Assembly: GCF_009914755.1 (NCBI RefSeq)
Contig: NC_060935.1
Reading direction: 5' to 3' (one strand)
From: the human T2T-CHM13v2.0 reference genome, Homo sapiens
Length of the DNA: 64,000 nt
Shown: positions 55,001 through 64,000 of the stretch, one piece after another
How the letters are laid out: every line of letters begins with the position of its first letter
Position numbering within the stretch: position 1 is the first letter of the stretch
Program-made: the position numbers and the translations under genes
The notes under the pieces: generated by a model
The model's database searches: none
What the model was told of the DNA's origin: nothing
The model's input: only the letters and a program-made list of their open reading frames with translations

Positions 55001-55878
55001 AGGTGGTGAGAGCTACCCCGGGTCTGGGGACTGTTAGCACAGACCTGAGCCGAGGCCCCCTTCTCACAGGGGCCTACCCACTTACGACCCACCTCCTCTC
55101 CTCCATGGCAAAGGTGATACATTAGACTCAAAGAGACATGATATCCCCTTGGGCTGCAACTTAAATTCCAAGGAGAGATCCTGAATCCAGAGTCACATGT
55201 ATGTTAGAAACCTCTGGCACTCTCCCCTCCCCAGCCAGCACCTACCAGCTTTGCGCAAATGCTCCACATTTGCATTTTAAAAGCCCTGAGAAGGCCTGCA
55301 GTGAAAAAAACTAACCTCGTATAACCCAACTATTCCCAAACTCTATCTACAAAATATTTTTCTCTTTTATCATTAAAGAATATGCATTAACACCTAAAAC
55401 CCACTATCCTGGCAAAAAAGTGGCAGGATTGTCTGAAAAACACATGGCCAGCCACCCTGCACCCTGAGTTCCACAACATCTAAACCCAGTGTCTGCTGGC
55501 CCTCAGAGTGGGAGCGCGTGCCCCAACTTCCGAGCCCTAGGAAAGGGTCTTGTCTGCTCTTCCCCTCAGTGTCAGGTGACCCAAGAGTGTGGGGGTCAGG
55601 AATGGCGTCCTTGTGCCCTTGTCACCCACTCCTGTGGGTACACAGCTTCCCTTTCTGCAAAGTCACACCCCAAGCCCTGGCTTGAGCATGTACACAGGCT
55701 GCAGCCCGTGTTCCTGGAGCCACCGTCCCAGGTGTGGCTAAGGCCCCCACAGAGTGTGCATCCTAAGGTGGTTCAGAGGTCCTCAGAAAGTGCCAAGAGG
55801 CCTTCCTCAGAGGAAGAGCAAGGGTAGGTGCCTCTGGCATGAGCCAGATGATGGGAGCTGTCACAGGACTTTGCCACC

Positions 55879-55879
55879 C
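55879..55879 (+). other. KCNQ1: rs2237892 site, C allele (type 2 diabetes association SNP)
   Basis: Flank ggactttgccacc[C]ggggtgaggggcc matches the recalled flank and forms the MspI CCGG used in PCR-RFLP typing; position fits the offset from the exons. Confidence 0.8.
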
Positions 55880-56461
55880 GGGGTGAGGGGCCTAGAAACC
55901 CCTCTCCACCAGATGCCTTACACCCCCCATCCCCACACGCACACAGCTTGGAGGCTGGAAGCCCCCGGAATGCGGCCCACCCTGTCTCCAGTTGTTCCCT
56001 ACCAGCCCAGCTGCTGGTCCCTAACCAGGCCCACCTGTTGGGTCCTTAGCACCAGCTGCCCAGAGCCCCCAGCCCCTACCCTAGTCTGATGACCCAGGCC
56101 TTTCCCCCTGCCCAGGCTAGCCTTGTGCTCAGCTGCCAGCACAGCCCCCACCACACACTCCCCAACAGGTGTCTCCACAACTGCCAGGAGACAGCTCAGC
56201 TTAGCTGCTCTTCCCCCAACCCCCAGGCCCAGCAGAATCACATCTAGGAGAGTGGGCCACATGCCTCTTGGAAGGCAGGTGGCACAAGAGGTTCATCCCA
56301 CCCTCCAGCATTACCCAGCCCCACAGGACCCACATCCTGCTCCCAGCTCCAGCCTGAAAGGAGCTAGTCCTCTCCAGCCCCTTTGAAAAGACCAGCTGGA
56401 CATTCTCCAGGGAGATTCTGCCCTACAGGATTAGGGAGTACCCTCACCTGGCCTTTGTTCA

Positions 56462-56640
56462 TTGGTTCATTCATTCATTCATTCATTCAACAAGTATTTG
56501 CCAAGCATCCCTATGCTCCAGGCATCAGTGGTAGGCCAGACAGCCAAAGTCCCTCCTCCCAAGGGCTGTGGCCCACTAGGAGGACAGACAATGACAGAGC
56601 ATTGTGTGCTCTATGCCTGCCCATGTGCTGAGGAAGGAGC
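56462..56640 (-). mobile_element. L2 3' end with (CATT)n
   Basis: ttcattcattcattcattcaacaagtatttgccaagcatccctatgctccaggca. Confidence 0.75.
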
Positions 56641-56829
56641 AGGAGAGGAAGACAAACCAGAGTTTAAGTGAGGAGTGGGCAAGGCTTTTATGAGGCCCAG
56701 CCCACCCTCCCCTGGGCAAGCTGGGGATTTGGGAATGGGAGACATCCAACACGTGTCAGCCCATACATGAGGGTAGAAGTCCAGTTGAAAACACACCTGA
56801 AACAGCAGGGTCCAAACACCAGGTGCCGA

Positions 56830-58040
56830 GAGCCTTCCTGACATTGAACCTTCCTTGAATTCCTGAGGTAAACCTTATGTGATCTTGACTCAAGTCCAGC
56901 TGCTGATGCATTTTTAGGTTTTAGCATCTGTGTTCATACCTGATTTGGGCCTAGAATTTTCTTGTGTTTGCTTGAGCAGTTATGGTGCCTGGGGTTTTAC
57001 CTTGTCAGATAAGTTGAGCAACCTCCCCTTTTGGCTAGTGCTCTGGGATGGATGGGATGGATGTCGTCTGCTTTTTTAGGTAATTATAGAAATCACCCCC
57101 AAAAACTAGACTGGAAACCTTTTAGAGGAGGGTAGGTAACTGGCATTTGTGTCTCCCCAATGGGTTTATGTTTCTTAGGATTTTCTACCGCATAAGCCAC
57201 TTTTGGTATTTTTTGCCTTGAAACTTATCCATCATATTGTGTTTTCAATTTTATTGATATGAAAGTATATATCATAATCACTTACAATTATTCAATTCCC
57301 TCGGTAGCAGTAGTATTCATTCCTAATTCTTATTTGTTACTTTACTTGCTTAAGGTTTATCTACTTTACTGGCTCTTCAAACAACCTGCATTTGGTTTTA
57401 TTGGTCAATTCTTTTTCATAAAATATTTTTCTATTTTGCTAATATCTTCCTTTGACTTTGTTCATTCTTTTCTTTGTATTTGTTTTGGTGTTCTTTTTCT
57501 AGCTTCTTGAGTTGAAAGCTTAGCACATTTATTTTCAATCTTTTTTATTTTCTAAAATTGCCATCGATACTTCTCCAAATACCCTATAGGAAGCATCCCA
57601 CACTCTTGGCATGTAATCAGCTCCTTGTAAATCCATCCTAAGATTTTCTCTCTGCCTTATTTTCTCTTTAATCAAAGAGTTATTTAGAAGGGTACTTTTT
57701 AAACTTCAAGATGTATCCATCTGTTGCTATTTTTATTAATAATTTTCTATTTTACATCAAGGTACAGATTTTTAGAAATTTATGGAGTTTTCCTTTGGTG
57801 CCTAATAGGATCATTTCTGTGACCTTTTTGTATATGTGTGGAGGCGGTGGAGTCTTTTCTGTTAATTGTGTTAAACTTGTTAGTGGAGTTCTGCGACTCC
57901 TCCACCTCCTGACTTACCTTGCTGTTTGTTTGTTTGTTTGTTTGTTTGTTAGTTTCACCCACTGTGGTTTGTCAGTTTCTGAGAGACAGGCACTAGGATG
58001 GCCAATAATATTGTGGATTTCTTGATGTGTTGGTTTTGTT
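56830..58040 (-). mobile_element. Old L1M fragment, antisense, with (GTTT)n at ~57924-57950
   Basis: AT-rich; tttttaggttttagcatctgtgttcat and agcttcttgagttgaaagcttagc. Confidence 0.7.
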
Positions 58041-59223
58041 CATTTGTTTTTCCTGCCCCATCCTCTGGGCCCTTAAAGCCTGGGCACATGTGTCCTCTCC
58101 TTACGTCTGGGGAAATGGTCTCCATTGAGGGTTTGAGTCTGCGTGGCTTCCGCCTCCCTTCCCTCCTGCTAGAGCCCCTCTGGAAGCTGCTGGAAGCCAT
58201 GTCCTCCACATCCCCTGGCTCTTCCTTCATCCCATACTTTCTTCTCCCTGACAGAGCTGTCAAGGGGAGTGCCTACACCCCACCTCCATTGCTGCTCACC
58301 CTCCCCTGGCCCGTGCTGGGCCTCGGCCATCTCTGGGGCTGTTTCTAGGCCCATCTAAGCGAGGGGTTCCTTAACCTGCCTTGCTTTTGCAGCTGCCTGA
58401 ACCTCCCTCTAAGGACATCAGCACTCTTCGGAGGCCAGGTCCGGCCTGCTCTGCTGCCTTGGTGGGAAGCTTTCGTCCCTGCAGGGTGGGGTGGGTCTGT
58501 CAAGTGTTCGGTGGCCCCTGGCTGGTGCTGTAGCAACACGGGTGTCAGAGGGCGGACACCGAAGCCTGGTGCTCTGTGCGAGTCCCGTTTCCTCGCCTCT
58601 CAGCTGTGTGACTCCAGGTGCAGAGGCCCCGCGTGGGGCAGGAGCACTGCAAGCGAGAGGATGGGAAGGTGGCCATGGGCCTGGCAAGGGTTGGGGAATG
58701 TGGTGAGAATGGTGCCCATGGGGTCACGCCAGCCACACACACTTTCTCGAGAAGTTTCAAGTGGAGCCACAGGGCCATTGTGTGTCCTGAATCATTGCTC
58801 TGGCTGAGGGAGTCTGGGGACCCATGAGGGCCAGATGGATGGGCTCAGATGGAGTGGGAGGCCATTGGGAAGTGGCTGGTAAAAAGCCTCATGAGGGCAG
58901 AGCCCCACTGACCCCACACAGTTACCCATGGTGTCCCCTTCCCCACGTGGTAATTCTGGACTGTTCACAGTGGCTTCCAAGGCCTTTGGGATGGGCCTTG
59001 CGTGCTGCCCTTCTGCTGGAAACCCTCCCAGCCATTTGAGGTCCTGCCCTCTGCTCACCTTGTTCCCTGTGCCCATGACATCTCCCCACCTTTTCCTGGC
59101 TGCTATGTACTGGTCCTATAGGGGTTCCTTAAAGGGTGCATCTTCCAAGCCACTCCTGTTGCCCTCCTCTGCAGCCACATCCCTGCTCTGCACACCCCCA
59201 CCCCAGCAAGTGTGTGTGAGCTC

Positions 59224-59683
59224 TGTAGTCGTGTCATGGCCCCAGTGATGTCCTCATTCTATCCCTGTCCCTTCATGGCAGAGTGGACTTTGCAGGGTGA
59301 CTAAGTGAAGGATCCAGAGATGGGGAGATGATCCTGGGTTATCCAGGGGCCCCGAATGTGATCACAAGGGTCCTTCTAAGAGGGAGGCAGGAGGGTCAGT
59401 CAGCGGAGAAGACAGGGGGATGGAAGCAGAGCTCAGAGAGGCTGAAGGTGCTGTGCTGCTGGCTTTGAAGACGGAGGAGGGGCCACAGCCCAGGAACGCA
59501 GGCAGCTTCTAGAAAACCGGAGAAGGTGAGGAATGAATCAGCCCTAGAGCCTCCAGCAGGTATCAGCCCTGCTGACACCTTGTTAGCCCGGTGAGACTCC
59601 TGACCTCCAGTGCTGCAAGATGTCACACACGTGTTGCGCTATGCTTGTGGTAACATGGCACCACAGTGCAGGATGCTGACACA
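59224..59683 (+). mobile_element. MLT1D-like MaLR solo LTR
   Basis: gagatggggagatgatcctgggttatccag...aatgtgatcacaagggtcctt and gctggctttgaagacggaggaggggccacagcccaggaa; TG...CA termini. Confidence 0.85.
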
Positions 59684-60169
59684 AGCACCAGCACAGCGCC
59701 AGGCCCTGGGGTATAGTGTGGATAAGATGGACTGGACCCTACCCTCCTAGGGATGTCCCTCTAGGAGGTGGAGGTGGGGAAATGGGGACAGATATTAGGC
59801 CATTATGGCAGAATGCAAGTGTTTAGTTAGAACTGTGCTAAGTGCGTAAAGAGAGCTAAAGGCTACATAATAAGTTGTGAGCCTACCTAGGGTATTAGCA
59901 GAGGTGTCCCAAGGAAGCTCCCTGTGAGCCGAACCCCAAAGGATGGGTGGAAATTAGCTCAACTAAGTGGAGAGGTGGGATAGTCATGGGCCAAGGCCCC
60001 AAGGCAGGAAGGAATAGGCCTGGTCTGTGGGTCTGAGAGGATGGAGAGGGCTGAACACGGGCCAAAGGAGAAAGTTAGGGAGGGAAGGTGGAGTCCTTGG
60101 CAGGGGCTCAGCTCAGAACAGGGGGAGCCCCAAAGGATGTGAGGCAAGGGAGCAATGAACAAATCTCAC

Positions 60170-60810
60170 CATTGTAAGATCTGAAATTCAGAACGGTGGC
60201 ATAGGCCAGAGTAGGACATTGTGAAAAAGAAACAATTAGAGAAGCAGAAAGAGTGCTTGGAAATGTCAATTATGCTGCTGAATTAAAAAAAAAAAAATCA
60301 GTAAAAGATGGAAGTAAATCTCCCTGAAAGTGGAATGAAGACTGAAAGACAGAAAATCAGAACACCCAAGAAACATGCAGACTCAATCCAAGGACATCCA
60401 ATATCCTGCTATTGGAAGTTCCAGAAAGGGAGATGAGAGGAAATAGAGACTAAAGAAAGGGCCCACTGAGAACCTCTAGCAGAAAAGAGCAGCCACTGTG
60501 TCATCATGCCCTTCAGGAACAGCAGAGATAAAGACAACATTCTAGAATCTTCTCAAAGAAGTAACAGGTGATTTTCCAAACATGGGCCTCTGAACAGATC
60601 AGTCTTTGGTAGAGAAAATTTATGAAGAGAGATGCCTTCAAAATTGTGAAGGAAAATAAAATTCTATACCTAGCCAAAGTATCTATCAAGGGTGAGGATA
60701 CAGTAAAGACATTTTCAGATACTCAAGAACTTATAAAATTTTTCCAAGTCACTGCAGGAAAAAAGTATAGAATTTGCTTTCTATCCCTTTTCTTAGAAGG
60801 TTCTGGAGAA
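60170..60810 (+). mobile_element. Old L1M ORF1-region fragment, sense
   Basis: catccaatatcctgctattggaagttccagaaaggga and aattctatacctagccaaagtatctatcaagggtgagg. Confidence 0.6.
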
Positions 60811-61559
60811 TGCACTCCAGCAAAACGTGGGAGGAAACCAGGGAAAAGGAAGGCACCAACAACAAGGAGGCAGAAGACCCTACACAGACAGAACAGGGAG
60901 GTCCAAGCCCAGCAGCTGGCTCAGGGCTACAGGCCTCCAGCCCAGGCAGCCCAGGCAGGAGCAGAGGACAGGATACTCCTGAAGAGGCCACCCAGGAAGA
61001 GAAAATAGGTGGGACTGGGAAGAAAATCTGCAACGGAGCTTCCAAAACAGCGGAGGATCTCCCTGAGGGAGGTGTTGTTAGAGAAGAGAGCAGAGAAGCA
61101 GGAGAACCCAGAAAGGAAATGTGAGCACAGTATACCCCCTGGCTCTGTGGGGGACCCAGGCAGTGGGCATAGATTTCATCAAAACAATGGGGAAGCTGTG
61201 CTGGACAGTTAGAGGGTGGACAAAGCCGAGGGTGGGGTGAGAGCTTAAGCCTCACCTTCATACAAGGAAGATTCTAGTAGCTAAGATTGACAAGTCGAGA
61301 AACCATGTGGCCAGCATGTCACCAAAAGCTGATAAGAGGACCAGTGATGGGCTTCCCGGGAGTGGAGCTGGGCATGCACACTAAGGCCTGGAGGCTTGTG
61401 CTTATCCATCATATAGCAGGCCTGCCCTTTCCACAGCACAAACACCTTGACACACACCGTCACACACACCCATATTCGACACACACATTCACACAAACAC
61501 ACCCAGACACATGCATGCACATGGATAACTAACTCTTCCAGCAAGAGCCACCCCCTGGC

Positions 61560-62110
61560 TGAAGTGTGAGGCTGTCCATGGAGGGGCCAGAGTAGAGGGG
61601 AGGTGGGTGAGGAGGCTACGCAGAGGCCCTGGGAGGAGGGAGGCTAGGCCCAGGGGTGGAAAGAAGACAGATACGAGAGGGGATTTGGAGACACAATCCC
61701 CAGACTTGGGGATGAGCTGGATATGGTGGTGAAGGAGGGGAGTCTTCAGGAAAGACCCCCAGGTTCTGGCTTGGCCATATGTTGGAGGCTGAAACGATTC
61801 ATCCAGACAGGAGCAGGGAGGAGGACATGCAGGGCCTGAAAGGTTCTGAGGTGTCCACGTGGAGGTGTTTGCCCGGCAGTTTAGGCTGCAAGGCTCAGCA
61901 GGGAGATTGGAGCTGAAAACAGAGGCTGCAACATGGAGGTGGTACCTGAAGAAGGGGTGTGGATGAGGTTGCCTGGCAAGAGATTGCAGGGAGAGGAGAG
62001 AGTGAGAATGGGGCCACTCAAGGGGTGAACAGGGCCTTGCAGTACAGGAAGCAGCTGGGGGTGGCGGGAAGAAGACAGTCAGGAGCTTGGGCATCCTAGA
62101 GGCCCCCGGG
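61560..62110 (-). mobile_element. L2 LINE fragment
   Basis: gacttggggatgagctggatatgg...ccaggttctggcttgg and gaggtgtccacgtggagg are typical antisense L2. Confidence 0.6.
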
Positions 62111-62929
62111 ACAGCTTTGAGGAAGGAACGTCCCCTGGGTTCCACACCACAGAGCCATAGAATTCTGTACTTGGCCTGTCTCAGTGCCGTGCCGCATCCA
62201 TCCTGCCCCTGGCACCGGAGGGTACACTGATCAGGGACACGAGTTCCCCTGCCGGGCACAGAGCAGGTTCCCAGTGAGTTCTGGGGCCTCAGTGACTGGG
62301 CAAGGACAGGGGCGTTTGGACAGGGGAGGCCGGGTGTGGATGGAAGCTGTACGATGGGGCCTGGGCCAGGGATTGTGGGCCAGCTCCGAGCTCAGACATT
62401 GGTCTGCACATGTGGCTGGTGCAGGAGGCGCAGTGTGCTGGGCCTCAGCCTGGACACGGCTGTCCCATGCGCAGAGACAGGGTCACGGTGGAAAGAGAGT
62501 CCAGAGAACATGGGAGGTGCCGTTTCCCTGCGGCGGGACTGGGGCTGGGGCCCGGCTTCCCCGACCCTGCTGTCGGGCGTGTGCCTTCATAGCCCAGGAA
62601 GCCAGTTCCTGGCAGGGTGGGCTCTGCAGCCAGGCCGCCAGGGTGCAGACCCAGACCAATGGGAGGCCAAGGGAGGCCCGCAGCCCAGACCTTCCGAGCC
62701 CTCAGCCTGCTCAGCTCAGTGTCCTTCCAGGGAAATGGGCGTTTCCTGTGGGAAGGTGCCAGGGGCCCCGGGTGCTGGAAGAGCAAGCACCACGCGGGGG
62801 GGTAGGGGCGCCCCAGCCCTCTACTGGCCAGTGTCCCTCCAGTCGTCCAGCCCTTGCTGCCAGGGGCCCCGCCCATGTGCCTGGAATCACACCCTGGACG
62901 CTTCCTTCTTTGGGTTAGATGTCGTCGTC

Positions 62930-63045
62930 TTCAACAAATATTTTCTGAATGTCTGCTATGTACTAGACTCTGGGAACACAGGGGAAAGTATGTGGACCTG
63001 CCCATGAGGAAGTCAGTACAGTGGGGCCATGAACAATAAACAGAC
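62930..63045 (-). mobile_element. L2 3' end
   Basis: ttcaacaaatattttctgaatgtctgctatgtactagactctggg. Confidence 0.65.
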
Positions 63046-64000
63046 AATTAATTATCCTTCGCGGAGCTGCGCGGGGGCAGCTCTCCCAAAGCAGTCAGTC
63101 ATTCACACTTCAGTATGAATGAGTCTCCGGGTACTTTGCTCAGTAACGGACTGGACCAGCGCGGCCTCCACGCCAGGGACTGGGGCAAGGGTGGAGTTTG
63201 GAGTAAAGAGAGAGGCAGGGCAACCCCTTTCCACAGACACTTTACCACCTCCCCACATTGACAAGCTGGCTCCCCAGGGCCACCCGGAGCCCCTTCCTCA
63301 GATCCTGTCCCCATTGGCATGGTCTCAGCCCCTCCTGCCCCAGTACCCTCTCCCCGAGGCCTCGTCCTCCCCGCCATCCTGGAAACGATTTTGTTGTCTG
63401 CAGAGATTATGTGTAACTGCCTGTGAGTTATAAGCCTCCACAGCAAGCAGCCTGTTACCTAACCAGGCCTGGCTCATGCCAATGTCTTGAGTAATTATTG
63501 GGGGGCGGGGGCTGTCCAGCCCGCAGCAGAACCTCTCCGAGGGAGTGCTATTGTTTTTCATGTCAGCTGCATTTTAAGGCTACATTTCACGTCAGCTGTG
63601 ACTTGGAAGGAAAGAGGGCCCGGCCTTTGAAAAATGAAGAAATTGAGCCGGGGTTGGGGGCGGGGAGGGCAGGTTAACCCTTCGGGCTCCAGTATTCCCC
63701 AGCTTCCCAGGGTCTCCTGGCAGTAACCAGGCCAGCTGGGGGTCAGAACCCGCGGCCAGGCCCAGCAGCCGCCTCTTGGCAGCGCTGATGGAAACCGCCG
63801 TGCGGTTCCGCGCAGACAGTCACGGAAACTCAGGCAGACCCGGCGTTGGGTGCGCCAGGCCGGTGTGGGAGCACTTTCCCCCGCCCCCTCCTGCTGCTGC
63901 TTCCCCGAAGGCCTCCCCAGCAGACCTGCAGCTGGGCACCCACAGGGTAGAAATGCCCTGGATTGGCTGTGGCACAAGAGGGCTGGCCCAGCACACCCAG

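Larger units (their letters stand above)
15406..64000 (+). other. KCNQ1: KCNQ1 intron 15 (partial; continues past the window end)
   Basis: Starts at the GT donor after exon 15; exon 16 sequence (VTQLDQRL...) is not seen in the remaining window. Confidence 0.9.

Noticed and set aside
61489-63007. ORFs of 223-256 aa
   Set aside because: They overlap L2 remnants and GC-rich intron; no recognisable homology or exon structure

Overview
Human genomic DNA from the imprinted 11p15.5 domain: the 3' part of KCNQ1 (Kv7.1) on the + strand. The window covers the end of intron 11, coding exons 12, 13, 14 and 15 (6211-6286, 13327-13421, 14353-14399, 15344-15405; cytoplasmic helix B, helix C and the start of helix D), and about 48.6 kb of intron 15. 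Exon 16 is outside the window. The exon spacing fits roughly hg19 chr11:2.784-2.848 Mb (recalled, not computed). The rest is intronic: old L1, L2, MIR, MLT1, hAT-Charlie and Alu repeats, microsatellites, an intragenic CpG island near 29 kb, several candidate enhancers and the type 2 diabetes SNP rs2237892. The most unusual structure is in intron 12. Two ~335-bp inverted-repeat arms (~85% identical, not a repeat family I recognise) bracket a full-length, sense-oriented COX6C retrocopy. The retrocopy has an open ORF, an ancestral-looking protein sequence and a cryptic splice acceptor at its 5' edge. A ~1.1-kb minisatellite apparently amplified from a MIR core follows shortly after. Almost all other ORFs in the track are chance ORFs in GC-rich or simple-repeat DNA. 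Repeat subfamily names and boundaries were assigned by eye and are approximate.
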